A stretch of 64,000 nt of DNA from the human T2T-CHM13v2.0 reference genome, Homo sapiens (GCF_009914755.1 NC_060930.1); one strand, 5' to 3'. Positions 1 to 15,660 are shown, counted from the stretch's first letter. The notes: generated from the letters alone by a model not told the origin. A program made the numbers and translations.

Positions 1-640
1 TTACACTGTTGGTGGGAGTGTAAACTAGTTCAACCATCGTGGAAGACAGTGTGGCGATTCCTCAAGGATCTATAACTAGAAATACCATTTGACCCAAAGA
101 TCCTATTATTGGGTATATACCCAAAGGATTATAAATCATGCCACTATAAAGACACAGGCATGCGCTTGTTTATTGCGGCACTATTCATGATAGCAAAGAC
201 TTGGAATCAACCCAAATGTCCATCAATGATAGACTGGATTAAGAAAATGTGTCACAAATATACAACATGGAATACTATGCAGCCATAAAAAGGATGAGTT
301 TATGTCCTTTGTAGGGACATGGATGTAGCTGGAATCCATCATTCTGAGCATACTCGCGCAAGGACAGAAAACCAAACACCGCATGTTCACACTCATAGGC
401 GGGAATTGAATAATGAGAACACTTGGACAAAGGATGGGGAACATCACACACTGGGGCCTGTCCTGGGGTGGGGGGAGCGGGGAGGGATAGCATTAGGAGA
501 TATACCTAATGTAAATGATGCATTAATGGGTGCAGCACACCAACATGGCACATGTATACATATGTAGCAAACCTGCATGTTGTGCACATGTACTCTAGAA
601 CTTAAGGTATAATAATAATAAATAATAAAAATAATAAAAA
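1..640 (+). mobile_element. L1PA (about L1PA5-7) 3' end: ORF2 C-terminus, 3'UTR and A-rich tail; continues upstream of the window
   Basis: Canonical L1PA 3' motifs (gactggattaagaaaatgtg, ggagggatagcattaggagatatacctaatgtaaatga); aataataataa tail at ~609-640. Confidence 0.93.
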
Positions 641-649
641 GTAAAAGTC

Positions 650-1140
650 ATGCATATATAATATTAAAAGAAGAAAATATAAATATATCATCACCTCAAT
701 AAATTTAAAAAATCATTTGAAAATTTTATCATCCATTCATGATTTAAATAACTATTAGCAAATTACAAATAAAAATAAACTATTTCAGTCTAATAAAGGG
801 CAATGATTAAAAAGTACGCATGTAACATTAGATTTCATAGTGAAATATTAACTATGCAGTCTTTAAGGTCACGAACAGGGCATGGATGACTACTCTCCAT
901 CTTCTATTTAACATGTTACAAGTCTTAGTCAGTATAAACCACAAAGTTTGGATAAAAAGAAATAGAAATGCGTCTATACACAGAGAACAAGATTTACTTC
1001 CCAGAAGTTTTATGGAACCTACAGAACAGCTAATAATAACTAATGAATAGAGTATTTTTCAGAATACAGTATATATGTACATATAGTCAATGAATTTTTA
1101 TATGCAACAGGAACAGTTTGGAAAATAAATTTTAAAAATT
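650..1140 (+). mobile_element. Ancient L1M/L1ME ORF2 fragment (left part, interrupted by the minus-strand L1PA)
   Basis: Degenerate ORF2 motifs (atcatttgaaaattttatcatccattcatgatt, ctctccatcttctatttaacatgttacaagtcttagtcagt). Confidence 0.6.
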
Positions 1141-1145
1141 TCAGT

Positions 1146-2611
1146 TTCAACTTCTCTTTAAGATACAGCAGTTACATGTGCAGATTTGTTACACGGGAAT
1201 ATATGCTGCTGAGCTTTGGAGTATGGATCCTGTCACCCAGGTAGTGAGCATAGTACCCTATAGGTCATTTTTTTAGCCCTCCCACCTTCCTCCATCCTCT
1301 AGTAACCTACAGTGTTTATTATTCTCATATATATGTCAATGTGTGTTCAATGTTTAGCTCCCTTTTGTAAGTGAGAACATGCAGTATTTGGTTTTCTGTT
1401 TCTGCATTAATTCGCTTCTGGTTATAGCCTCCAGCTCCATCCATCTTGCTGCAAAGGACATGATTTCATTCTTTTTTATGGTAGCATAGTATTCCAAGTG
1501 TATATGTATCACATTTTCTTTATCCAATCTATAATTGATGGGCACCTGGATTGGTTTCACGTTTTTGTTCTTGTGAATAGCACAGTGACAAACACACGAG
1601 TCCATGTGTCTTTTTGGTAGACCAATTTATTTTCTTGTGGATATATACCCAGTAATGAGATTGCTGGATTGTATGGTAGCTCTACTTGATGTTCTCTGAG
1701 AAATATCCACACTGCTTTCTACAGTGACTGGACTAATTTTATATTCTCATCACCAGTAAATAAGTGTTCCCTTTTCTCCATAGCCTCACTAGCATCTGTT
1801 GTTTTCTGACATTTTAATAATAGCCATTCTAATGTGAGATAATATCTCACTGTGGTTTTGATTTGCATTTCTCTGATGTTTAGTGATGCTAAGCATTTTA
1901 TCTTATGTCTGTAGGCCACTTGTATGCTTTCTTTGGAGAAGTGTCTGTTCATGTCCTTTGCCCATTTTTTAACGGGGTTATTAGTTAAATTCTCAATATA
2001 AGACATTTGTCAGATGGATAGTTTGTGAACATCTTCTCCCATTTTGTAAGTTATCTGTTTATACTGTTTATATCTTTTGCTGCGAAGAAGCTCTTTAGTT
2101 TAATTCACTTGCGCTTATCTAGATATTTTTGTTTTCATTGCAATTGCTTTTGGAGACTTAGCCAAAAATTCTTTGCCAAGGTTAATGTTCAGAAGAGTAC
2201 TTTCTAGGTTGTCTTCCAGGATTTTTATATTTTGAGGTCTTACATTGAAATAATTTTTGACTCATGATTTAAAAGAACTATTAGCAGAGGTAATTTTTGA
2301 ATATGCTGAATGGTAGGCATCCAGCTTCAGCCTACTACATATGGCTATCCAGTTATCCCAGCATCATTTATTGAATAAGGAGCCCTTTCTCCATTGCTTG
2401 TTTTTGTCTACCTCATCGAAGATCAGATGGTTGATAAGTTGGTGGCTTTATTTCTGAGTTTTCTATTCTTTTCTATTGATCTATATGTCCGTTTTCATTC
2501 TAGTACCAAGCTGTTTTGGTTACAGCTGCTCTGTAGTACAGCTTGAAGTTCAGGAGTATGATGATGCCTCTGGCTTTATTATTTTGCTTGGGATTGGTTT
2601 GGCTGCTTGGG

Positions 2612-2645
<34 letters not shown>

Positions 2646-2715
2646 GTTCCAGAGGAATTTTAGAATTTTTTTTTCTAATTCTGTGGAGAATATTGTTTAT
2701 GATTTGATAGGAATA
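1146..2715 (-). mobile_element. L1PA15/16-type 5'-truncated element
   Basis: Reverse 3'UTR (tggatcctgtcacccaggtagtgagcatagtaccc); minus-strand ORF2 C-terminal peptides ([25 protein letters not shown]). Confidence 0.88.
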
Positions 2716-2719
2716 TCTT

Positions 2720-3620
2720 TTTTAAAAAGCACAAGTATGAATAAATTTAAGAAAAATGTAAATTAGTTCTACTCTAGAAACTACAGAATAATGCAGATAG
2801 AAATTTTTAAAAAGTTAGGTAAATTTAAAATATTATCATGTTCGTTAATTGAAAGACTTAATTTTTTTCATTTTAATTCTTCCCAATTGATTCAGTCCAA
2901 ATGTCTTGATCTTAATTTCATCATGTTTTTAAAAATAGAAATTGGCAAGCAAATTCTAAAATTGATCTGGAAAAATCGAAATATTTCTAAAAATTTATAA
3001 TAATGTTAGAGGATACACATTTGCTAATTTTATGATTTATTATAAAGTACTGTAATGAAAATGAGCTATTGTGATAAAGGTATGCACATAGATTACTGCA
3101 ACAGAATAGAGTTCAGAAATAAACCTACACTTAAATGGTCAATTGAGCATCATTTACAGGGGTGCCAAAGTAATTCAATAGTGAATGTAAAGGCTTGCTG
3201 CCAGATTGTGATGAGACAACTAAGTATCACTATGGAGGAAAAAATGAATTTTGAATCCTCACATCATAGGTAAAATTGAATTCAAAATTAATAGACCCAA
3301 ATGTATTTTTTAATGGAAAAAACAATAAAAATGCCTTCATGTCTTGAGGGTTGGGAACGTTCTTAGGTCACAAATAGCGTAGCCATTAATTTTTTAAAAA
3401 AATCAATAAAGAAGGCTTTATAAAAATTAAGATACTCTCTTCATTAAAAATGGAAGTTAAAAAAATAAGACTTAGATGGGGGAGAAGTAGCCTCCAAACA
3501 TACATCAAACTAAAGAATTATACTCATACATATATTTGTCCACATATATGTATTACATTTATACATAAGTGATGAAATGATTAAAAGGCAATCAGTCCTA
3601 TCTTTTAAAAAATATAAGAA
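2720..3620 (+). mobile_element. Ancient L1M/L1ME ORF2 fragment (right part)
   Basis: aaattggcaagcaaattctaaaattgatctggaaa, gaatagagttcagaaataaacctacac; collinear with 650-1140. Confidence 0.65.
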
Positions 3621-5218
3621 GGCTTAAATGGGAACATAATAATTACTCAAAAATCTTACAGATTCACATCAATGAATAAGGAGAAAAAACTGAGATAATC
3701 TTGTTTTGATTTTTTTCTCTATACAAAATTTATTGTTCAAACTTAAAAGTTAAATGATAGTAGCTGAAAATTAAAATTGAAAAATAAATCGTTGTTGGGT
3801 TTTTTCCCCAAGATGGTGGAATAGAGGCTTTGCCAGCATGACTTATTTACCTGTAAATAGTAAAACAGTATATAGAGATTCACATTACGAACTTTTATCC
3901 ATGAAGGAACATGGGGTCACAACATAAAAGTTAAAAAACCATTGAATGCTTTTAAAAATAAGGCAGAAAACAGCTCACATGGCATGTACAGCAGAAGATT
4001 GAGAGTAAATTCTCAATGCATAAGAAGGAAAAAGAATGCCTTTGCAATGCACATTCCCACTGGGAAGCTGGGCAACTCAGGCCACAGGGGAACTCCTTGA
4101 CCCTGCTAAGCCCTCGGTCTGACCTGGGGAGCAATCAGGAGACTGTGAGGAGGAATGATACTAGGAAGTGCCCTGCATGCATTCCCAGACCCACATGCCA
4201 ATAGAAGACCATTCTTTATCCTTTAATTCATAGGTGACTGCACAGGAAGCTGCCAGCAAGCACAGGCTGGAGTCACTGGTTTGGAGACTAACTGGATGGG
4301 AATTTGTGATGTAGTCTCAAGCTGGGGAGAAGCCTTCATAACTAGAACTGAGAGGTAAACGTAGCATAAGCTCCAGCGATGGACATGGGAGTTGGATGTC
4401 CCCACTTTTGTGAGACTGGATCAGGAGAAGTTTAGCCTGAGAACTGCAGTTTTGACTCAGGCAGCAACTTTTTTGGCCTGGTGCAGTTTCACGGTCTGAA
4501 GACAAACTGCTTGTGACTTGGCTAACTGGTCATTCTTGCTGCCAGTGTCAGGCTGTGGGAGAGAGCCCCACTGGGTCAGGAGCAGGAGAGTAAAGCAGGC
4601 TACACTACCACCTGCTAGTCTCTGGAGCCTGAGCTTCCCCTCTTTCCCCATGCCGCATCTTTGGCTCAACAGTAGTTGCTGTGCTCTTCTATGGAACATT
4701 ATTCTAGGGGCCTGAGAACTGCCTTCCAACCACTTGGAAGGCTGCCACTTGTCCCCACTATTGGCCATCTCAGCCCCATCCAACCCACCCTAGAGGCAGA
4801 GCATAGGACTGGGACCACTGAGAGTTCCAGGGCCTAAACCATAGCCTGGGACACTCAGGTACTTCTCATGGCTAACAAAGGGCAAGCATAAGCCCTATTG
4901 CCACCAATGCAGCTGACTCCCACCTGAAAGCACAACCTTCTTGCCTGGAGGTCAACTTGCACAGCTCATTACAACATCTGCTGATACCAATTCATAACAT
5001 TTGCAAAGGAGACACCCTTTGCGTGATCTTCTGCTACCTTCATTGCCCATTGCACCCCAGCTACTGAGAAGGCCTTCAGCTCACTCATCCTCCCAGTACA
5101 TTGCTATTACAACTGGCATTTGAGGAAGCCACCACACTAAGGCTAATTATAACCAAGGAAATCATACAGAGTATACACCACTGAATGCATCCAGAAGAAA
5201 TGCCAAATAATCATACTT

Positions 5219-5515
<297 letters not shown>

Positions 5516-7210
5516 TGAAAAGTAAATACAAAAGTAAGAAGTGACTCTTCCCACATATGCAAATAAATCAATGTCATAATACTGGAAGTATTTTTTTTAA
5601 AGGTACTATTACACCTCTAAGGAACACAGTTTTCTGTAGCAATGGATACCAAACAAAAAGAAATATTCAAAATGCCAGATAAAAAATTCAAAATGCTGAT
5701 TTAAAAGATATTCAAAAAGATACAAGATAAATCTGAAAACCCATACAAAGAAATCAGAAAATCAATTCAGGATATGAATGAGAAATGTACCAAAGAGATA
5801 GATATCTTTTAAAAAGATAAACAAAACTTCTGGAAATAAAAAATTTGTTGAAAGAATTACAAAATACATTTGAAAGCTTCAACAGTAGAATAGACCGAGC
5901 ACAAGAAAGAATCTCAGAATGTGAAAACAAGTCTTTTGACTTTATCCAATGAGACAAAATGAAGAAAAAAGAATTTTAAAGAATAAACAAAGCCTTTGAG
6001 AAGTATGGAACTACATGAAATGAAGTAAATATATGAATCATATGTATTCCAGAGGGAGAAGAAATGAAACATCTGGAAAATCTATTTAAGAAAAAGCTTT
6101 CTTAGTCTAGCATGAGATTTAGACATCCAGATACAAGAGTCCCCCAAAATTCCAGCAAAGTATATTGCAAGAAGGAGCTCACCATGACATGTAGCCATTA
6201 GACTCTCTAAAGTCAATATGTTGGAAAAAAATTTCTAAAACCAGAAAGAGAAAAGCGTCTCATTGCCTACAAAAGAAACCCCATCAGACTAACAGCAGAC
6301 TCTTCAGCAGAAGCCATACTGGCCAGAAATAATTATATTTTCAAAGTGCTTAAAGAAAAAAACTGTCAACTATATATTCTGCCAGAATAACCTTCATGAA
6401 AAAAAGAAGAAATAATGTGTTGGGCGACAAGCAAATGCTAAGGAAATTTGTCACCATGAGACTGGTCCTACAAGAAATGCCCAAAGGTGTTTTAATTATA
6501 GAAATAAAAAGTTGATACCAGCCATCATAAAAACACAAAATTATAAAACTTACAAGTTATATAAAGCAATTACACAAAGGAGGAAGATAAATGGCAACAT
6601 GAGAAAATGCTATCAAACCACAGACAAACAGAGGAAAAAGAGAAACAGACTCAACAAAGCAACTAAATAATGCTTAACATTACAACAGGAACAAATCCTG
6701 TCAGAACTAACCTTGAATATAACTGGATTTAATGCTCCACTTAAAAATATAGTTCGGCAGTGTGGATTTAAAAAAAACATGAATCAACTACATGCTGCTT
6801 ACAAGAAACTCAGCTTATTGGTAACAGTATTTATAAATTGAAGGTAGAGCAGTAGAAAAAGAGATTCCACACAAATGAAAACTAAAAGAAGCTATACTTA
6901 TATCAGATAAAACAGACTTAAAATCAAAAACAGTAAAAAAAGACAAAAAGGTCATTATATAATGATAAAGGGATCAATATAACAACCCAAAATACATATG
7001 CGCCCCAAACTGGAGAACCCACATTCGTAAAACAAATATTATTAGACCTAAGGAAAGGGAGAGACAGCAATGCAATCATATTGGGTGACTTCAATACCCC
7101 ACTCATAGCACTGGACATGTCATTGAGATAGAAAATCAGCAAAGAATCACTTAACACTTAAACAGGACTTTAGACCAAATAAACCTAACAGACATTTACA
7201 GAACATTCTA

Positions 7211-7692
<482 letters not shown>

Positions 7693-8103
7693 CTATAAAA
7701 ATACATGGAAATTAAACAACATACTACTGTTGTTGTGTCAACAACACAATTAAGAAGCAAAATTTTAAACATTTTGAAACAATTGAAAATGGAAATAAAA
7801 CGTACCAAAACCTTTGGGATATAGCAAAAGCAGTGCTAAGAGAGAAGTTTATTGCATTAAATACCTACATGAAAGAAATAGATTATAAATTAACAACCTG
7901 CCATTACCTCAATGAACTAAAAAAATAGGAACAAATAAAATCCAAAACTACTAGAAGAAGAGAATAACCAAGATCAAAACAGAACTAAAGGAAATTGAGA
8001 ATAAAATATAAGGGCTCAACAAAATAAAAAATTGGTTGTTAAAAATAAACAAAATTAATAGACCATCAGTTGGACTAACCAAGAAAAGAAGAGGGAAGAT
8101 TTA

Positions 8104-9130
8104 ACAACAAAAGCAAAAATGGACAAGTGGGATCTAAATAAATTTAAGGGCTTCTACACAGCAACAGAAATTATAAATGGAGTAAATAGACAACCTATGG
8201 AATGGGAGAAAATATTTGGAAACTATGTATCTGACAAAGGTCTAATATGGACCGTCTATAAGAAACTTAAATTTACAAGAGAAAAACAATCTCATTAAAA
8301 AGTAGGCAAAGGACATGAACAGACTCTTTTCAAAAGATTATAAACATGTGGCAAACAAGCATATAAAAAAAGCTCAATATCAATCATCATCAGAGAAATG
8401 CAAATCAAAACCACATTAAGATACCATCTCACACCAGTCAGAATAGCTATTATTAAAAAGTCACAAAATAACATGCTGGCAAGGTTGCCAAGAAAAGAAC
8501 ATACCTATACACTATTGGTGGGAGTTAAAATTAGTTCAACCATTGTAGAAAGTGGTATGGTGATTCCTCAAAGAGCTAAAAGCAGAACTATGATTCAACC
8601 CAGCAGTCCCATTATTAGGTATATGCCCAGAGGAATATAAATCATTCTACCATAAAGACACATGCATGTGAATGTTCACTGCAGCTCTATTCACAAAAGC
8701 AAAGATTTATCAACTTAAATGCCCATCAATGACAGATCGGATAAAGAAAATGTGGTACATATATACCATAGAATATTATGCAGCCATAAAAAAAGAACAA
8801 GATCATGTCTTTTGTGGGAACATGGGTGGAGCTGGAGGCTTATTATACTTAGCAAACTAACACAGGAACCGAAAACCAAATACCACATGTTCTTACTTAC
8901 AAGTGGGAATTAAATGATGATAACTTATGAACACAAAGAAGGAAACAACAGTCATGGGAGTCTACTTGAGGGTGGAGCATGGGAGGAGACAGTGGAGCAG
9001 AAAAGATAACTATTGGGTACTGGGCTGAATACCTGGGTGATAAAATAATTGGTACAAAAAATCCCCATTACACAAGTTTATCTATGTAACAAACATTCAT
9101 ATGTACCCCCAAACTTAAAATAAAAGTTAA
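8104..9130 (+). mobile_element. 5'-truncated L1PA13/L1PREC2-type 3' fragment nested in L1PB ORF2
   Basis: ORF2 C-terminus (MQIKTTLRYHLTPVRIAIIKK); 3'UTR with aaaagataactattgggtactgggct and aacttaaaataaaagtt; host ORF2 resumes at ~9135. Confidence 0.85.
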
Positions 9131-9557
9131 TTAAATGAGAAATGGAAAGGGGTCTCCTTTACAGTTGATACCACAGAAATTCAAAGGATCATCAGAGACT
9201 ACTGTGAACAACTATATATACCCACAAATCAGAAAACCTAAATAAAGTGGATAAATTTCTGGGAACATACAACTCCCAAGATTCATGCAGGAAGAAATAG
9301 AAATCCTGAATAGATCAATAACAAGTAATGACACTGAATTAGCAATAAAAAATCTCCCAACCAAAAGTTCCCAAGACTGGTCAAATTCACAGATGAATTC
9401 TATCAAATCTACAAAGAAAAACTGGTACCAAGCCTCCAGAAACTCTTCAAGAAATTCGAAGAGAAGGGAATCCTCCATAACCCATTTTACAAACCCAGTA
9501 TTTTGATGTCAAGGCCGGAAAGGGACACAACACTAACAAACAAAAGTAAACTACATA

Positions 9558-9625
9558 CCCATATCTCTGATAGATATAGATGCAAAAATCCCCCATATCT
9601 CTGATAAATATAGGTGTAAAAATCC
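9558..9625 (+). repeat. 34-bp tandem duplication within L1 ORF2
   Basis: cccatatctctgatagatatagatgcaaaaatcc followed by cccatatctctgataaatataggtgtaaaaatcc. Confidence 0.85.
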
Positions 9626-12600
9626 CCACCAAAAAACTAGTAAATTGAATCCAACAGCACATCAAAAAGATAATATACCATAATCAAGTGGGTTTTATTC
9701 CAGGGAACCAAGGATGGGTCAATATACACAAATCAATAAATGTGATTCCCCACATAAACGGAATTAAAATTTAAAACCATATAATCATCTAAATAGATGC
9801 AGAACAAGCATTTGATGAAATGGAGTATCTCTTCATGACACAAACCCTCAACAAACCAGACATCAAAATAACATACCTGAAAATAATAAAAGCCATATAA
9901 GGCAAACCCACAACCCACATCATACTAAATGAAGAAAAAGTTAAAGAATTTATCCTAAGAACTGGAACAAGACAAAGATGCATACTTTCACCATTTCTAG
10001 TCACCATAGAACTAGAAGTCTTAGCCAGAGCAATCAGGCAATAGAAAGAAATAAAAGGCATCCAGATTGGAAAAGAGGAAGTCAAATTATCTGTTAGTTG
10101 ACAATATATTCTTATACCTAGGAAAGGCTAAAGACTCCTGCAAAAGCTTTCTAGATTTGATACATGACTTTAATAATGTTCCCAAATGAAAATCAACAAA
10201 AATATCAGTAGCCTTTCTATATACAAATGATGACAAAGAGATACAAATAAATAAGTCAATTATGTTTATGATAACTAAAATATTAAAGTAACTAGGAATA
10301 TATTTAACCCTGGAGGGGAATTATCTCTATAAGGAAAATTACATTACACTGATGAAACAAATCATAGATGATTCAAACAAATGAAAAAAACATCCCATGA
10401 TCATGGATTGCAAAAGTTAATGTTGTTAACGTGGCCACACTATCCAAAGCAAAGTACAGATTTATGACATTCCTTTCAAAATATCATCATCACGTTTTAC
10501 AGAATAAAAACAATTCTAAAATTCATATGGAACCAAAACAGAGCCCGAGTAAGCCAATGAAATTCTAAGCAAAAAGAATAAAGTTGGAGACATCATATTA
10601 GTTGACTTCAAATTATACTACAAGGCTATAGTAACCCAAACAACATGATCCTGGTGTAAACCTAGACCTATAGATCAATGAAACAGAATAAAGAACCCAG
10701 AAATAAAGTCACGTAACTATAGTCCATTGATATTTGACAAAGCTGATGAAAACATACACTGGAAAAAGGATACCCTATTCAATAAATGGTGCTGGCCGAA
10801 CTGGATTGCCATATGCCGAATAACATAACTGGATCCTTATCTCTCATTATGTACAAAAATTAACTTAAGATTAATTAAAGATTTAAATGTAAGACTTGAA
10901 GCCATAAAAATACTAAAAGAAAACTTAAAAGAAATCTTGGATATTTGCCTAGGCAAAGAATTCAAAAGCAAATGCAACAACAACAAGAAAATAGATAAAT
11001 GAGACTTAAACTAAAATAATCAACAGGGTCAACAGACAACTTGCAGAATGGGAGAAACTATTTGCATACTATGCAACTGAATAGAGACTAATATCCAGAA
11101 TCTACCAAAAGGAAAAAAACCATTATAAAAAGATATCTGTACTTGTATGTTTATTGCAGCACTATTCACATGCTTTTGGTATTTTAATACCAAATTCAAA
11201 ACATGTATAGAACTGGAGGCCTTATCTTAAGCAGAACAACTTAGAAAATCAAATACTGCAGGTTCTCACTTAAATTGTGAACTAAAGAATGTGTACATAT
11301 GGACATAAAGTGTCCACAATAGACACTGGAGTCTCAGAAGGGTCAGAGGTGGGTGAGGGATGAGAAATTACGTAATAGGTACAATGTAAGTTATTCAGGT
11401 AATGGGTACAGTAAAAGCCCAGACTTCACTATACAATATATCCATGTAACAAAGCTGCTCTCACAGCCCTTAAATTTATTCAAATAAAAAATAAATTGAA
11501 AAAAATAAACTCAAAAATTAAAAGAGCAGAAGTATATAATAACTTTAAAATAGTCTGGTTTTTTTTGAATTTGCTTTGCAATTTACAATAATTATTTTGA
11601 GAATGGAGTGCATATTATGTGTTAACTATTAAAATAAAATGCAGTAAATTTTACCCTTGTGCTATTAGTCATAAAATGCCTTTTTTTTTTCTCATTGGTT
11701 TTCAATAACAAAAAACCTCATTTGATTCAACTTCACCTACATATGAATAAAGTAGCCACTATCTTTTAAGGGAATTGGGCTTCAAACACAACTGGACAAT
11801 TTTTACATATTTTAAAAGAAAAGCGTGTCTATGAAAGAAACACTTCTCTAGAATGAACATTTTTACAAATACAAAAAAAGAAGTTTCACACCCTTTCTAC
11901 AAAGATGAAATAGAGAACAGAGCCTACCAGTATCAATCATACAGCCTCAGTTTTCTAAGTTAAAAGACAAGAATGTATTTATTCAAAATGCTCAATGTAG
12001 GACCAAGGCAAAGAAGACATGCACACATGCACAAACACATATAACTATGTAAAATAAAATTTAAAACTGTATAATATAGACATTAAAATTAATGCTTTTA
12101 TATATCTATATGTTACATAAATTGACAAATTTATGTACTTTATGTAATCAATTCAGAACATCGTCAAGATCAGATTCAGATATGTGAGATATTTAAACAG
12201 GTCTGAAAAAATGTACCACCTCAAATAACATCTGTTAATAAGTTCTCCTGTGTAATAACTGCTTTCAAAGTCCTTTCTGTTGATCTCTGGGTTCATTCAA
12301 GTTTATACTATCAAGTGCCATAAAAAGAATACAAGATCAGAAAGGGTATCCATTACTCATTTGCTTATTTAGCAAACTTTTATGGAACACTTAATGCTAT
12401 ACTCTGTACTATGCACTGTGAATACAGACATAAATATTTAAAACCATAAGTTTAAGCATTTCAATACAGAAATAACTAAAGTTTAACTAATTCTAAGGGA
12501 AATAAGTGTTTTGGAGTGTAACAAATTCTTAATGGCTAAAAGCAATGCTTTGCAAGTCACAAAAGAAAAATTTTTACTGATAGATAAAATGGGGAGAATA

Positions 12601-12997
12601 GAAAACATTGTATTACCTGTTAATGTGACAGACATTGTTAAATAACAATGTGATTAAACAATTTTTTTCACACTCTCAAGAACTGTGAAGCTTCAGAAAT
12701 TTTGCTGTAATCACAAGCTAAGAGTAAACTCATAAGCATTTCAAGGTTTTATGGAGATTGGCAGAAGAAAAAAGAGAAGGTAAGAGAAAAAGGACCTGAT
12801 TAACTCTATTACTCACGGCAGAGCAGGTAGCATGAGGTTCATAATATTGTGTTTATTCCCCTTGTCTAATTGATGGTGATACATATAAACATAGCTAAAT
12901 GTTATCTTATTAATATCCTTGTTGTATTGAAATATAGTGCCCAAATAATTATCTGCAATGCTAATTTTTTATGTATGTATACTGGAGGTTTCTTAAA

Positions 12998-13027
12998 TAT
13001 ATACATACACATACAAACACACACACA

Positions 13028-13086
<59 letters not shown>
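12998..13086. repeat. Compound microsatellite (CA)n(TA)n abutting an Alu poly-T
   Basis: Direct reading of the sequence. Confidence 0.95.
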
Positions 13087-13287
<201 letters not shown>

Positions 13288-14087
13288 TAATCCAAGTGGA
13301 TGACTCTTTGGTTCATTACAACATTCATGAAGAGGGAATTTTCAGTGTCAAAGTTCATTGAACATTGATGCATTTAAATATATAATCTCACCACGCAAAC
13401 TGTGGTAATTGTTATTACAAGAACAAAAATGACAAATTGTGAAACAAAAGCAACAATCAAAATAGTAACGTATTTTAAGTATGTATATGTGGATAACTAT
13501 TCTACCAAAATTCAAAACAAAATCAATTAGTTGGCAGTTAGAAGGGAGAGGTGAAAATAACGAGGGCATTATTATTTTATCTTTCTCAGAGCTGAATACA
13601 AAATATGCACATTGGTGCATATTTATTTGAAGACCAATTTTTCAATGTGGTTCCATATGTCTCACAATGTATTTAATTGACTAAACAGTTCTACATCTAA
13701 TAATAAATCCTACAGAAATAATTGCATACCCTTATATGAAAGAGATTTAAAAAAAACTTCAGTGAAAAATATTTTGCAATAACAAAATTCTGGACTCGCA
13801 TGAAATTCTAAACAAGAATTTGGACAATTGAGTTAAATGTGTTTGCACTAATGGAACATGTAAAAAATATATCAGGAAAAATTTTAGATGTATTCATATT
13901 ATAATTCCACTTATATCTGTACTTTGTTTAATTTTAATGAGTATTCTAATATAAATGTAATACTATATATTTATATGTATGTACTATATATAAATATATA
14001 TACATATATAAAATAATTGCTACATTTATCTTTCTTATACAGCAATAAAATTGTATCTAGTTGCAGGGTTCATGAGTGGCAATCTAA

Positions 14088-14200
14088 ATTATATTTCTAT
14101 AATATAATCTATATTATAATATAATTATAATATAATACTTATAATTATATTATAATTATAATACTTATAATAATATTATAATTATAATACTTATAATACT
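14088..14200. repeat. AT-rich low-complexity / (tataat, tataatact)n minisatellite-like tract
   Basis: Repeated attataat and ataatactt units. Confidence 0.85.
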
Positions 14201-15184
14201 CTCATTGAAAGTAGATTTGGGAAGGTGATGACATTGTCCCATGGAATATGACTTCACATCTGAGGCTAGCAAGTGAAATATCGGTTATGACTCACCTGCA
14301 ATTTCCTCCTCCTGGATTTTGGAGCTATGTTTCATGAAAATAAAGCAAAGCTTGGAGGGAAGGGAAGAACAATGATTGAATGACTTCACGAGTTACAGCT
14401 GTTCCACAAACCTGGGCAGGTCTTACGACCATCAAATATTGAAAAGACAGAAAAACATCTAACTGTAATGCCATAAAACCATCTATCACAAATCCACAGC
14501 CAAAATAGTACTGAACGGGGAAAAGTTAATAGCATTCCCGTTGAAAACTGGAACAAGACAAGGATGCCCACTCTCACCACTTCTATTCAACATAGTACTG
14601 GAAGTCCTAGCCAGAGCAATCAGAAAAGATAAAAAAAAATAATAAAGGGTGGTAAAGAGGAAGTCAAACTGTTGCTGTTTGCTGATGATATGATCAAACG
14701 TTTACCTAGAATACCCTAAGGATGCCTCCAAATAGCTCCTAAAACTGATAAATAAATTCAACAAAGTTTCAGGATAAAAGATTAATGTACACAAATCTGC
14801 AGCTCTGCTATACACCAACAGCGACCAAGCTGAGAATCAAATTAAGAACTCAACCCCTTTTACAATAGCTGCCAAAAAATATAATAAAATGCTTAGGAAT
14901 TTACCTAACCAATGAAGTGAAAAATGTCTGCAAGGGAAACTACAAAATACTGCTGAAGGAAATCATAGATAAACAAACAGAGACACATCCCATTCTCATG
15001 GATGGGCAGAATCAATATTGTGAAAATGACCATACTGCCAAAAGCAATCTACAAAATCAATGCAATGCCCATCAAAATACCACCATCATTCTTTACAGAA
15101 CTAGGAAAAAAATCCTAAAATTCATATGGAACCAAAAAAAAGCATGCATAGCCAAAGCAAGACTAAGCAAAAAGCACAAATCTG

Positions 15185-15660
15185 TAACCAATAGCAAAGA
15201 CTTGGAACCAACCCAAATGTCCAACAATGATAGACTGGGTTAAGAAAATGTGGCACATATACACCATGGAATACTATGCAGCCATAAAAAATGATGAGTT
15301 CATGTCCTTTGTAGGGACATGGATGAAATTGGAAATCGTCATTCTCAGTAAACTATCGCGAGAACAAAAAACCAAACACCGCATATTCTCACTCATAGGT
15401 GGGAATTGAACAATGAGATCACATGGACGCAGGAAGGGGAACATCACACTCTGGGGACTGTTGTGGGGTGGGGGGGAGGGGGGAGGGGGGAGGGATAGCA
15501 TTGGGAGATATACCTAATGCTAGATGACGAGTTAGAGGGTGCAGCGCACCAGCATGGCACATGTATACATATGTAAGTAACCTGCACAATGTGTACATGT
15601 ACCCTAAAACTTTAAGTATAATAATTAAAAATAACTAAATAAATAAAAATTATTCAAAAA
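15185..15660 (+). mobile_element. Young L1PA2-type (possibly L1PA3) 3' fragment, ~475 bp, with perfect 16-bp TSD
   Basis: TSD aaaaagcacaaatctg at 15169-15184 and 15661-15676; diagnostics gagatcacatggac and gctagatgacgag (GAG, not the Ta-type ACA). Confidence 0.92.
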
